Shown in pieces: positions 10,159 to 19,285 of a DNA stretch of 64,000 bases. Each line of letters starts with the position of its first letter. The first letter of the stretch is position 1. This stretch comes from an uncultured Acidobacteriota bacterium. Its GTDB lineage: Bacteria > Actinomycetota > Acidimicrobiia > Spongiisociales > ZC4RG35. Location: NCBI GenBank assembly GCA_963734115.1, contig CAVTFV010000006.1, forward strand, positions 310,166 to 374,165, in the 5' to 3' direction. Below the pieces are notes generated by a model that searched no databases, was not told the origin of the DNA, and saw nothing but the letters and a program-made list of their open reading frames with translations. The position numbers and the translations under genes are program-made.

Positions 10159-11433
10159 TCACACGTTGCCAGTCAGCAGCAGCAGGGCATGGATGGCGAT
10201 CCCAACCAGGGCCCCCACCACGGTTCCGTTGATCCGCACGAACTGAAGATCTCTGCCCAGCTGGAGCTCGAGACGGTGGGAGATCTCGTTGGCGTCCCAG
10301 CCGGCCACCGTCGTCTCGATCATCCCGATGACCTCTTCATCCCATTGATTTGCAAGACGCTCGGCAGCCTCGGCGATCCACGTGTTGATCCGCGTCCGAA
10401 GCGCCTCGTCTTCGAGCATGCGGCGGGCCCACCATTGGATCAACTCTGCCAGGCGCTTCTCGAGGTCTGAGCCTGCCTGCGATGCGGCTCGGCCCAGACT
10501 CTCCTGAAGAACCTGCCATTGTGTTTGGACCGCCGAGGCCAGTTCCGGCGAGTCGAGGATGTGCAATTTCGAATCCTCGATGCGCTCTGCCAGATCGGCG
10601 GAATTGCGGAGGTCGTCGGCAATTCGCGACATCATCATCTCGATGTCGGTGCGGATCGGGTGCGACGGGTCGGAAGCAACGTCGTCCACGAGGATCCTGA
10701 ACGAGGCGATGATCCTCTCGAAGACGAGCTCGCCGGCCCAGGCCGGCATCCACCAGGGAGAGGTTCGGGCGAAACTCTCTCTGAAATACGGGAGGTTGTC
10801 GACGATGACGACGTCGAGCCCTCTCAGCGTGGTCTCCACCGATTGCTGGGTCCGGCCACCCTTGAGCCAGGCGTCGGCCACGAGGGAGATGATGGGTGTG
10901 ATCGGGGTCTGGCGCAGCCAGTCGAGTGAGGTTTGGGTGATGACCGACGCCACCCGCTCATCGTCGAGCGACTGAGCAATCGTGGACCCGGTCTCGATGG
11001 TCCTGCGTGCCGCCAGCGTGGCGTGATCGGAGGAGTCCAACCACTTCGCCAGCCGCCCGGCGATGTCTGCGTTCGTCAACCACTGCCCGAGATTGGCCGG
11101 ATCGAGGAAGTTCTGCTGGACGAACTCGGCCAGTCCGCGTCCGATCTCGTCCTTGCTCTTTGGGATCAGGGCGGTGTGCGGTATCGGTATGCCGAGCGGG
11201 TGCCGGAACAGGGCGGTGACGGCGAACCAATCGGCGATGCCACCGATCAGGGCCGCCTCGGACGCCGCCCGGATGAAGCCATTGACGCCGGTCTCCTCGC
11301 CGAAGAAGTGGCTGATGAGGAAGACGACGAACGCTCCGAGCAGGAAGAGGTTGGCTCGCCGCTTCCAGCGCCGCAGCTCCCCAATTCTCCGCTCCTCGTA
11401 GGAAGTCGATGCAAAGTTGGGCCCGGCGGTCAC
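10159..11433 (-). CDS. DUF445 family membrane protein
   Basis: Intact 424-aa ORF: ..GGIADWFAVTALFRHPLGIPIPHTALIPKSKDEIG.., with terminal hydrophobic segments. Confidence 0.75.
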   Translation of the reverse strand: MTAGPNFASTSYEERRIGELRRWKRRANLFLLGAFVVFLISHFFGEETGVNGFIRAASEAALIGGIADWFAVTALFRHPLGIPIPHTALIPKSKDEIGRGLAEFVQQNFLDPANLGQWLTNADIAGRLAKWLDSSDHATLAARRTIETGSTIAQSLDDERVASVITQTSLDWLRQTPITPIISLVADAWLKGGRTQQSVETTLRGLDVVIVDNLPYFRESFARTSPWWMPAWAGELVFERIIASFRILVDDVASDPSHPIRTDIEMMMSRIADDLRNSADLAERIEDSKLHILDSPELASAVQTQWQVLQESLGRAASQAGSDLEKRLAELIQWWARRMLEDEALRTRINTWIAEAAERLANQWDEEVIGMIETTVAGWDANEISHRLELQLGRDLQFVRINGTVVGALVGIAIHALLLLTGNV

Positions 11434-11497
11434 GAGATCATTCTGGCGCGCAGATCCCGTTCCATAGGGCGGGATCTGCGAGCCAAAACGGTGGAGG

Positions 11498-12436
11498 TCA
11501 GGCTGATTTCTTGGCCCGTGTCTGATCGACGGAGGCCTTGAGCGCCTCGAGAAGATCGACCACCTTCTCCGTGGGAGCCTCTGCCGGGTTCACTGTGATC
11601 TCGTTCCCGTCGATCTTGGCCTCGATCGCTTCCTCGAGTCGACGCCGATAGCTGTCCTCGAAGACCTTGGGGTTGAAGTCACCGGTCAACTGGTCGATCA
11701 GCTGGCGAGCCATCTTCAATTCCTGGGCGGACACCCGTGGCTTCTTCTCCAACTGCTCGAAATCGGCCTGCCGGATCTCGTCGGGCCATTTCATCGTCTC
11801 GAGGACGAGCAACCCGTCCCTGACACGCAGCGTGCAGAGTCGCTCCTTCTCCCGGATAGCCACCTTGCCCACGGCGACCCGACCAGACTCGGTGAGGGCG
11901 CGCACGAACAACTCGTAGGCCTTGACCGCCACGTCGGTCGGGGCGACGTAATAGGACTTCTCGAAGAAGATCGGATCCACCTCGGACTCGTCCACGAATT
12001 GAACGACATCGATGGATCGGGCACTTTCCGGGGCGATCTGCTCTAGCTCCTCGGGCGTGAACACGACGTACTTGCCCTTCTGGTACTCGTAGCCCTTGAC
12101 GATGTCGTCCCAATCGACTTCCCGACCGGTCTTGGACGAAACCCGCTTGTACTCGATCCGGGATTGGTCCTTGCCGGACAAGAGATGGAATGAGACGTCC
12201 CTGTCCTCGGTGGCGGTATAGAGCCCGACCGGGATCGTGATCAGCCCGAAAGTGATGGCGCCGTTCCAGATCGAGCGCTTTGAGGTCGAGGGTGGAGTTT
12301 TCGACGGGCGCCCCCCGTCGGATAGAGCCTCGATCAGCTCGTCTTTGTCCATCTGGGAGCGCCCCGGTACGTCGGCTGCCTGGGCTTTCTCGTACAACTC
12401 GGTCTTGCTCAGCTTCTCCAGTGTTTTCGTCGCCAT
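11498..12436 (-). CDS. ku: Ku DNA-end-binding protein with an N-terminal HeH (Rho_N/SAP-like) module
   Basis: ATG at 12436 is preceded by aaggagg (complement of 12441-12447). The Ku core reads SIWNGAITFGLITIPVGLY..KGYEY..YVVFT..FFEKSYYVAP. Residues 1-42 read MATKTLEKLSKTELYEKAQAADVPGRSQMDKDELIEALSD. The track ORF extension to 13075 overlaps the divergent oxidase gene. Confidence 0.9.
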   Translation of the reverse strand: MATKTLEKLSKTELYEKAQAADVPGRSQMDKDELIEALSDGGRPSKTPPSTSKRSIWNGAITFGLITIPVGLYTATEDRDVSFHLLSGKDQSRIEYKRVSSKTGREVDWDDIVKGYEYQKGKYVVFTPEELEQIAPESARSIDVVQFVDESEVDPIFFEKSYYVAPTDVAVKAYELFVRALTESGRVAVGKVAIREKERLCTLRVRDGLLVLETMKWPDEIRQADFEQLEKKPRVSAQELKMARQLIDQLTGDFNPKVFEDSYRRRLEEAIEAKIDGNEITVNPAEAPTEKVVDLLEALKASVDQTRAKKSA

Positions 12437-12499
12437 TCCAGGCCTCCTTGCTCCCACACATACCACTGCCGATGCGGCCACAAACGGCTGTCGGTACCG

Positions 12500-13954
12500 T
12501 TGACCGCGGAAAGGCGGACACCCATGCCCTCTGAAACACTGCACCTTCGAACTCTCGACGGCGGCGAGGTCGAGCTGGACCTCTCGCTCCTGGCGACGAT
12601 CCCGGACAAGGGCCGCCTCCGCCCCGGCGACCCGGGCTTCGACGAAGCCACATTGATCTGGAACGGGCTGATCGCCAAGGAGCCTGCCCTGGTCATCCAG
12701 CCCGAGAACTCCAATGAGGTCGCCTTCGCCGTCAATCTCGCCCGAGAGCAGCGTTTGCTGTTCTCGATCAAAGGGGGTGGGCACAACATCTCGGGTCTGG
12801 CCCTGGCCGACGGGGGCTTGACCCTGGACATGTCGCACATGCGCGAGGTCCGAGTCGATCCCAACAATCGGCTGGTTCATGTCGGCGCCGGCTGTCTCCT
12901 CGGCGATGTGGACCGTGCCACGCAGGATCACGGGTTCGCGACCACTCTCGGTTTCGTGTCGGAGACCGGCGTGGCCGGGCTGACCCTGGGTGGAGGGTTC
13001 GGATACTTGTCCCGCCGATTCGGTTTCACCGTGGACGATCTGGTCGAAGTGGAGATAGTCACCGCCGATGGTCAAGTTCGGACCGCGAGCCGCGAATCAG
13101 AGCCTGATCTCTTCTGGGCGATCCGCGGCGGCGGCGGGAACTTCGGAGTGGTCACCGAGTTCACATTCCGACTGCACGAAGTGGGCCCCGGGATCACGGC
13201 GGGTCTGATCGCCTGGCCCGCCGTGGACCACGCCGAGGACGTTCTCGCCATCTATCGAGAGATGACTGCAACTGCCCCGATGGAACTGACCCTGGTGTCG
13301 ACGATGCGACTCGCTCCCCCGGCCCCGTTCATCCCCGAGGTGTGGCATGGCAAGCCCATCGTGGCCATGATCGCCTGCCACACCGGTGATCCTGCACAGG
13401 CGGAGCGCGACCTGGCCCCGATCAAGGCGTTCGGCAAACCGATTGCCGATCTCATCATGCCCAAGACCTATGTCGAGCAACAGTCGATGCTCAACGCGAC
13501 CCAGCCCAAGGGCGCCCACTACTACTGGAAGACGGAGTTCATCCCGGAACTGAGCGACGGTTACCTCGAATCGGTTCGAGCAAATGCTGCCGAGATCGAG
13601 TCCCCGATGTCACAGGTCATCACCTTCCACATCGCGGGCGGGGTGAACGAGCACGCCGAGGACGACGGGGCGGTGGGGAATCGCGACGCCGAGTTCGTGG
13701 TCGGAGCCGCGGGGGCCTGGCCCGCCACCGATCCCAACGGCGAGTCCTACCAAAGCTGGGTGCGGTCCTCCTGGGAGCGATTCCGGCCGTTCTCCACTGG
13801 TGGCAACTACATCAACTTCCAGACAACCGACGATGACGTCACTCGGATCGAGGACTCCTACCGCGGCAACTACGAGCGGCTGCGGAGGATCAAGACGGAG
13901 TACGACCCCGACAATCTGTTCCGGGTCAACCGCAATCTGGAGCCCGCCGGGTAG
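12500..13954 (+). CDS. FAD-linked oxidase with a berberine-bridge-enzyme-like C-terminus
   Basis: Intact ORF: ..IKGGGHNISGLA..GGGFGYLSRRFG..WAIRGGGGNFGVVTEF..NYERLRRIKTEYDPDNLFRVNRNL. The start is TTG 12500 or ATG 12524; the latter has gaaagg upstream. Confidence 0.85.
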   Translation: MTAERRTPMPSETLHLRTLDGGEVELDLSLLATIPDKGRLRPGDPGFDEATLIWNGLIAKEPALVIQPENSNEVAFAVNLAREQRLLFSIKGGGHNISGLALADGGLTLDMSHMREVRVDPNNRLVHVGAGCLLGDVDRATQDHGFATTLGFVSETGVAGLTLGGGFGYLSRRFGFTVDDLVEVEIVTADGQVRTASRESEPDLFWAIRGGGGNFGVVTEFTFRLHEVGPGITAGLIAWPAVDHAEDVLAIYREMTATAPMELTLVSTMRLAPPAPFIPEVWHGKPIVAMIACHTGDPAQAERDLAPIKAFGKPIADLIMPKTYVEQQSMLNATQPKGAHYYWKTEFIPELSDGYLESVRANAAEIESPMSQVITFHIAGGVNEHAEDDGAVGNRDAEFVVGAAGAWPATDPNGESYQSWVRSSWERFRPFSTGGNYINFQTTDDDVTRIEDSYRGNYERLRRIKTEYDPDNLFRVNRNLEPAG

Positions 13955-13961
13955 GCCGGTC

Positions 13962-15923
13962 GTGACCCTCAGCCCGGCCAACCTCCGGACGTTCGATCTC
14001 ATGGTCGACACCATCCTCCCGGCGGTCCCAGGCGACGGCCCTGCGTGGACCACACCGGGAGCCGATCTGCGGCTCTCGGCCGAGCTCGCCCGTGTCTACG
14101 AGTCATTGCCGCATGAGCGTGATCGGAAGGACCTCAGGCTGTTCCTCGGTCTCCTCGATTCGGCGGCGGGTGGCATGGTCCTCTTCGGGCGGGCTGCGAA
14201 GTTCACCAGCCTGGCTCCCGACCAGCGTGCGGCTGCCCTCCTCGCCATGGAGGGCAATCGGTTGGAGATCGTTCGCAAAGGGATCCGAGCCCTCAAGACC
14301 CTCGCCGCCTTTCTCTGGGTCACCACCGATGACCCGGACCAGCCGCCCGAGGCTTGGGTCGCCATGGGTTATCCGGGCCCGGACGGACCTGCCCCCGCGA
14401 CACCCAAGACGATCGCCACCGAGGTCGTGGAGCGTGACACGACCATCGAGTGCGATGTCGTGGTCGTCGGCTCCGGCGCCGGAGGGGCGATCGCCGCCGC
14501 CGTCCTCGCTGGAGCCGGTCTCGATGTGACCGTGCTCGAGCTCGGTGGTTATCACAACGAGTCGGACTTCACCCATCTCGAATCTGACGCCTATGGCTCG
14601 ATGTACCTCGACGGCGCCCTCAAGTCCACCACGGACGGCGGCGTGCTCATGCTGGCCGGGTCCACGTTGGGGGGCGGCACCGTGATCAACTACACGACTT
14701 CGTTCCCCACCCCCGATTCGGTCCGGGAGGAGTGGGACCGCGTGGCCGAATTCCCGGAGGTGTTCACCAGTGATGGCTTTGGCGAATCACTGGCCGCCGT
14801 GCAGAACGGGTTGGGAGCCAACGAGGAGCACGGGACACCCTCGGCTCGTGACCAGATCATGGAGAAGGGCCTTCGCAACCTGGGTTGGCACGTCGATGAG
14901 CAGCCCCGCAATGTCAACGGCTGCACCGAAGAGGCGTGCGGATACTGCACGATGGGATGCCGGATAGGAGCCAAGCGATCGACTCTCGCCACCTATCTCC
15001 AGGATGCGGCCGACAGAGGTGCACGAATGGTCGTCGGCGCCGACGCGCAGTGGATACACACTGATCAGGGCCGGGTGACCGGCGTCATCGCGCGGGTAGG
15101 TGACCACCCTCTCAACGTGCGAGCCAGGGTGGTGGTGCTGGCGGCCGGTGCGCTCAACACGCCAGCCCTGCTCCTGCGGAGCGGTCTTGGTGGTCCCGCC
15201 GCCGGGGATTACCTCAGGATCCATCCGGTCACCGCCCTCTGGGGACGATTCGAGGAGCGAGTCGATCCATGGATCGGGATGCTGCAGACGCGGTTCAGCG
15301 ACGAGTTCGCAAATCTCGACGGTCGTGGGTACGGGTTCCGATTCGAGACAGCCCCGGTCCATCCCTTGTTTCCCGCGGCCTTCTTGGGATGGGAGGACGG
15401 GCCGTCGTTCAAGCGCGACGTCCTGGGCCTGGGTCATCTGGCGGTTGGCGGGATCCTGCTGCGCGACCACGATCATGGCCGCGTCGCCATCAGGCGAGAC
15501 GGCAGCCCACTCTGGAAATACCGGATCTCCGAATACGACAGGGCTCATATCAGGGAAGGTGTGCGAAGGGCCGCCGAATTGCTCGCCGCAGCAGGGGCAG
15601 TCGAGGTCGTCACCTCGACCATCCGGCCGGTGCGATGGTTTCCCGGGCAAGGCGGAATCGACGACCTGATGGCCGGGACCGACGCCATCGGATACGGCCC
15701 CAATCGGACCTCCTATTTCTCGTTCCATCAGATGGGCAGCGCCCGCATGGGCTCGGACCCGGGCATGTCGGTGGTGGATGCCGACAATCAAGCTCATGAC
15801 ATCGCCGGGCTCTATGTGATGGACGGGTCGTGTTTCCCGACGGCCTCGGGCGTGAATCCGATGATCTCGATCGCCGCCATCGCCCATCGCGGCGCAACCC
15901 GTCTGGCGGAGCGACTGGCCTAG
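13962..15923 (+). CDS. GMC-family FAD oxidoreductase (long-chain alcohol oxidase-like)
   Basis: GTG 13962 lies just after the upstream stop. Motifs: ..CDVVVVGSGAGGAIAA.. (Rossmann GxGxxG) and ..MGSARMG...LYVMDGSCFPTASGVNP. The track ORF from 13800 overlaps the previous gene. Confidence 0.85.
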   Translation: MTLSPANLRTFDLMVDTILPAVPGDGPAWTTPGADLRLSAELARVYESLPHERDRKDLRLFLGLLDSAAGGMVLFGRAAKFTSLAPDQRAAALLAMEGNRLEIVRKGIRALKTLAAFLWVTTDDPDQPPEAWVAMGYPGPDGPAPATPKTIATEVVERDTTIECDVVVVGSGAGGAIAAAVLAGAGLDVTVLELGGYHNESDFTHLESDAYGSMYLDGALKSTTDGGVLMLAGSTLGGGTVINYTTSFPTPDSVREEWDRVAEFPEVFTSDGFGESLAAVQNGLGANEEHGTPSARDQIMEKGLRNLGWHVDEQPRNVNGCTEEACGYCTMGCRIGAKRSTLATYLQDAADRGARMVVGADAQWIHTDQGRVTGVIARVGDHPLNVRARVVVLAAGALNTPALLLRSGLGGPAAGDYLRIHPVTALWGRFEERVDPWIGMLQTRFSDEFANLDGRGYGFRFETAPVHPLFPAAFLGWEDGPSFKRDVLGLGHLAVGGILLRDHDHGRVAIRRDGSPLWKYRISEYDRAHIREGVRRAAELLAAAGAVEVVTSTIRPVRWFPGQGGIDDLMAGTDAIGYGPNRTSYFSFHQMGSARMGSDPGMSVVDADNQAHDIAGLYVMDGSCFPTASGVNPMISIAAIAHRGATRLAERLA

Positions 15924-15924
15924 C

Positions 15925-16197
15925 TCAACTCCCCAGCACGACCTCGACATCGACGCTCTCGGACACCCCATCGACGTCGATGGGGACGGTCGCAGGGTCG
16001 TGTCCATCGGCATGACATGCGATTTCGTAGTGGCCTTGTGCCGGTGCATACAACGAGAACCGGCCGTCGTCATCGGTGAGCGTGGCGATGTCGGGCAGCG
16101 GCACCGGCGACGTGCTGAAGAACACTCGGGCCTCGATCACCGGGCTGTCGTCGGCGAGATGAGCCCGTCCTTCGATCCGGGCACCTCCGCCGGTCAC
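15925..16197 (-). CDS. Carboxypeptidase-regulatory-like (transthyretin-type beta-sandwich) small protein
   Basis: ..ARIEGRAHLADDSPVIEARVFF..TDDDGRFSLYAPAQGHYEIACHADGHDPATVPIDV.. GTG 16197-16195 overlaps the upstream TGA (GTGA). ATG 16248 is an alternative start. A fusion to the upstream protease through an indel cannot be excluded. Confidence 0.6.
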   Translation of the reverse strand: MTGGGARIEGRAHLADDSPVIEARVFFSTSPVPLPDIATLTDDDGRFSLYAPAQGHYEIACHADGHDPATVPIDVDGVSESVDVEVVLGS

Positions 16198-17156
16198 GGT
16201 TGGGACGCCTCCTTCCAGGACTTGATGTTGTTGAAGACCGGTTGGCATATCCGGGTGCCCGAGTTCACCATGGCGCCCCCGTAGGCATGGATGGCGATCC
16301 CATATCGGGACCCGTTCGCAAATCTGTAGACGGCAGATCCGCTCTGGCCGCCTGCCGTGTCGATGTCATAGAACACCTTGCGGGTGCTCGCGGAGTCGAT
16401 CGTCCGGGCGGCATACCACTGGGTGCCCGCCGGCTTGTCACCTGGATACCCGGAGATGTTGGCGTGGACGCCGTCGAGACTCGGCCAGTTGCCAAACCCG
16501 AGCCAGCCAGTCTTGTCGCCCAGCGACTCGCCTAGGACGATGGCGCCGTAGTCGTACTCGCCATCGCCATCGGTCGCCCAGCCGACCACAGACCAGAAGT
16601 TGGATGTCGTCGCCGATCCGAAGGGGAGGGTGGCTCCATTCCGGCCGGGCATGACGACGATCTTCTGCACCCACCCATCACGACCGGCGACGCCACTGTT
16701 CTTGATGTAGACGACGTGACCGGCGGTCACCAGCAGTCTCGGCCCCACGAACCATCCGGTGCCGATCCAAAGCGAGTTGTCCGCAGCGGTGATCCGCAGC
16801 GAGGCATGGGCACGCCACGGGTAGGCGGCGGTATTGGTGATCTGAAACCGATCATCGGCGCCGTGCACCGTCTCGGCCCGGGCGTCGGGTGGCCCGAACG
16901 ATGCCTCGCCGATGTCGGGCAACTGTGTCGTCTCGTCCGGCACCGACAACACTTCGCCAACCGACTCGGGTGAGAACTCGCTGTGGATTTGGGGTGTGGG
17001 AGGCTTGTAGCCCGCCACCTTCTCGAAGCCACTCCTCGGTGTCTTCTCGACCTGATCGTCCTCACCGGTCGAAATCTGTTCCGAAAGCGACTCCTCTCCC
17101 ACGTCGAAGCTGGATACCGGAGTGTCCTTGTCCACCACCTCATTGCCGTTGGGCAT
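16194..17156 (-). CDS. V8/Glu-endopeptidase-like S1B serine protease with an acidic low-complexity N-terminus; no signal peptide seen
   Basis: ATG 17156 is preceded by an AGGAGG-type RBS (complement of 17161-17170). Triad contexts: LLVTAGHVVY, DYGAIVL, DTAGGQSGSAVY. About 110 N-terminal residues are rich in D/E/S/P. Confidence 0.8.
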   Translation of the reverse strand: MPNGNEVVDKDTPVSSFDVGEESLSEQISTGEDDQVEKTPRSGFEKVAGYKPPTPQIHSEFSPESVGEVLSVPDETTQLPDIGEASFGPPDARAETVHGADDRFQITNTAAYPWRAHASLRITAADNSLWIGTGWFVGPRLLVTAGHVVYIKNSGVAGRDGWVQKIVVMPGRNGATLPFGSATTSNFWSVVGWATDGDGEYDYGAIVLGESLGDKTGWLGFGNWPSLDGVHANISGYPGDKPAGTQWYAARTIDSASTRKVFYDIDTAGGQSGSAVYRFANGSRYGIAIHAYGGAMVNSGTRICQPVFNNIKSWKEASQP

Positions 17157-17178
17157 GACGCCCTCCTTCCTCGATGGC

Positions 17179-17481
17179 CTAGGCCGGCTCGATGTCGAAT
17201 TGATCCTCGAGAGCGAATTCACCCGTGGCGATGACCCGGGTCGGGACGTTCTGCGACCCGTCTCGGCTCGGGATCTCGAGCGAGGGCGGTATCCGCTCGT
17301 CGGCCTTCAACTGGGCTCGCGGGACCTTCCGCGTCACATAGACCGCCACAGCCAGATCAGCCGCGCCTTCAGAATCATCGGTGACCGGGACGACGCCGAT
17401 GCCGGTCACATTCGGGTATCCGGCCAACTCCTCTTCGTAAAGCTCGATGGCGCGCCGGACGTGATTGCGGCTCGCCATCAC
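17179..17481 (-). CDS. Hypothetical 100-aa protein, paralogous to the N-terminal domain of the upstream protease
   Basis: Its start overlaps the upstream stop (gtGTGATG). NVTGIGVV..ADLAVAVYVTRKVPRAQL..IP..VPTRVIATGEF aligns by eye with GVQGLGIG..GELALRVYVEKKKPRAKV..VP..ITDVIELGRV of ORF 17478-18443. Confidence 0.65.
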   Translation of the reverse strand: MMASRNHVRRAIELYEEELAGYPNVTGIGVVPVTDDSEGAADLAVAVYVTRKVPRAQLKADERIPPSLEIPSRDGSQNVPTRVIATGEFALEDQFDIEPA

Positions 17482-18443
17482 ACGACCTCGATGTCGAGCA
17501 ATTCGAGGACGTGGGTGATTCGATTGAAGACGCTCCCTGATGCAGCGCCCGCGAAATGGAGGCCGACGATCTTGTCGTTGTTGTTCAGGACCACCGAACC
17601 GCTGTCACCACCGGCGCTGTAGCGGGTGCACAGGACCTGGTCCCTGAACCCCACCCGGGCCCGGCCCGAACCCGATGGTCGGTGGTACTTGAGCGCGAGG
17701 CGGAGATGAACGTCGGTTATGACACCGGTGGTGTAATCCGTGGTTCGGCCCACCTTCTTGATATGCATGCCCCTGCGAACGGTCTTGCTGACGCCAGCCG
17801 GAGCAATGTCGAGGATACGTAGCTTCGGTCCCGCCCAAGTCCGGCGTCGAACCTTGGCGATCGCGGCGTCGACCAGATTCGGGAAGCTCGTCTCCGTGAA
17901 CTCGAAGGGGACGAAGTCGGTGAGACGGGCGAATGAGTCCCCGTCGGATGAGCCGCCGTCGAGCGAGCCCGGCTGGAGGATCCCGTCACCAGGAACGGCC
18001 ATGCCCTCGTTGGCGAGGACATGGGCGTTGCTCAGCACGTAGAGCCCTTCCGCATCGCCCTTCTTCCGCACCAGACATCCGAACGTTCCGACCGTCACCG
18101 CGGCGTGACCCAGACCTGATCCCGGCATCGCCGGCCTGACCCGCTCGCTGAACAGCTCGGGGACGACTCGCCCCAGTTCGATGACATCGGTGATTCGGTC
18201 CCCGACCCCGGGCACCACAACCACCTTGGGTACCGGGTTGGCGACCTTTGCCCTGGGCTTCTTCTTCTCGACGTAGACCCGCAGGGCAAGTTCTCCGGTG
18301 GGCTCGCCATGGGTCAGCTTGTCCCCGATCCCCAAACCCTGGACACCGGAGCCGTGGACCCAGTCACGCGACGTGGTCCGGATCGAATCCGCCTCCTCGG
18401 CCACAAGCCGAGCCGGCCGCCTCCAATGAGAAGTCAGCCGCAA
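17478..18443 (-). CDS. Chymotrypsin-fold (S1) serine protease with an N-terminal accessory domain; no signal peptide seen
   Basis: Intact 321-aa ORF. Triad contexts: YVLSNAHVLANEG, NLVDAAIAKV, SAGGDSGSVVL. The start (TTG 18443) is uncertain; GTG 18404 is an alternative. Confidence 0.8.
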   Translation of the reverse strand: MRLTSHWRRPARLVAEEADSIRTTSRDWVHGSGVQGLGIGDKLTHGEPTGELALRVYVEKKKPRAKVANPVPKVVVVPGVGDRITDVIELGRVVPELFSERVRPAMPGSGLGHAAVTVGTFGCLVRKKGDAEGLYVLSNAHVLANEGMAVPGDGILQPGSLDGGSSDGDSFARLTDFVPFEFTETSFPNLVDAAIAKVRRRTWAGPKLRILDIAPAGVSKTVRRGMHIKKVGRTTDYTTGVITDVHLRLALKYHRPSGSGRARVGFRDQVLCTRYSAGGDSGSVVLNNNDKIVGLHFAGAASGSVFNRITHVLELLDIEVV

Positions 18444-18529
18444 CGCGGCGTAGCCCTTTGCGACCCTCAGTCACTACCTCTAGCGCTATCTCGAGATCCT
18501 TTTCGGGGCTGTCCAATCCCACCCGGATG

Positions 18530-18558
18530 TGAGTATCGACCGAAGGGTGAAATGTCAA
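18530..18558 (-). promoter_or_regulatory. Candidate sigma-70-like promoter for the protease operon
   Basis: The minus strand reads TTGACA (18558-18553), a 17-nt spacer, then TACTCA (18535-18530). It lies between the stop of the coiled-coil gene (18578) and the protease start (18443). This is a sequence match only. Confidence 0.3.
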
Positions 18559-18577
18559 CCGGGGAGTACCCCCAGGC

Positions 18578-19285
18578 TCAGCCTCCGACTCCCTTCTCCG
18601 CCTTCCGAGCCTCCGCGCCTGCCTTGTCTGCGGCCGACCTGGCCTGTTTGGCCCGACGTCTCGCCTCTGCCAGTGTCTCTTTGGCGGCTTCGACCTGAGA
18701 CTCGGCTTCGTCTGCTTCGGCCTCCAGCTTCCGGGCCCGCTCACGAGACTCCTCCGCGGCTCGCGCAGCCTCCTCGGCGGGGTCTGGCTCCGGCACCGGA
18801 GGCAGCTCCATCTCTCCCCATCCGCCTCCGGAAGGCTCGAGCTCGCGGACCAGCGTCCCGGCGGCGAGGTCTGCCTCACCTTGGGAATCGGTCGCTACGG
18901 CGAGCAAAGTCCGATTGATCCGATCCCGGGTCTGCAGAGATCCCTTGCCCAGCTCGGTCATGGCGGCATCGGTGAGAGCCGCGATTGCTTGCCGGCGCGT
19001 CTCCGATGCGTCCTCGACCGCCTGTCTCGATCCAGCCCGTCGCAGTTTCCGGTGACTCTCGAGCAGACTGCTCACTGCCTCGGGGTTGTTTCGAGCCGCC
19101 CGGTTCAGGGCCCATGCCGCCACCGAGGGTTTGCGCAGCTTGCCCACCCGTTTCGCTTCCTCGTCATCGCCCTCCGACTTGAGTCGTTGAACTAGCTCGT
19201 CACGGGCGGCGGTGAACTCGTCCAAGGGAAGGATGTAGAGATCGGAGACGGAACGGTGGGTGTCGTCTTTGGGCATGTCGGTCAT
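18578..19285 (-). CDS. Hypothetical protein with a C-terminal charged coiled-coil
   Basis: ATG 19285 gives MTDMPKDD..DLYILPLDEFTAARDELVQRLKSEGDDEEAKRVGKLRKPSVAAWALN..., with a tail rich in A/E/R/K heptad-like sequence. The longer track start (19396) would abut the divergent gene. Confidence 0.65.
   Translation of the reverse strand: MTDMPKDDTHRSVSDLYILPLDEFTAARDELVQRLKSEGDDEEAKRVGKLRKPSVAAWALNRAARNNPEAVSSLLESHRKLRRAGSRQAVEDASETRRQAIAALTDAAMTELGKGSLQTRDRINRTLLAVATDSQGEADLAAGTLVRELEPSGGGWGEMELPPVPEPDPAEEAARAAEESRERARKLEAEADEAESQVEAAKETLAEARRRAKQARSAADKAGAEARKAEKGVGG

Noticed and set aside
12437-13075. An upstream extension of the Ku ORF to 525 aa.
   Set aside because: The extension overlaps the divergent FAD-oxidase gene and has no Ku-like sequence. 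An AAGGAGG RBS sits directly before ATG 12436.
14787-16073. A 428-aa minus-strand ORF.
   Set aside because: It is entirely antisense to the well-supported GMC oxidoreductase. The product is Arg/Gly/Pro-rich with no motif. It is a typical high-GC shadow ORF.
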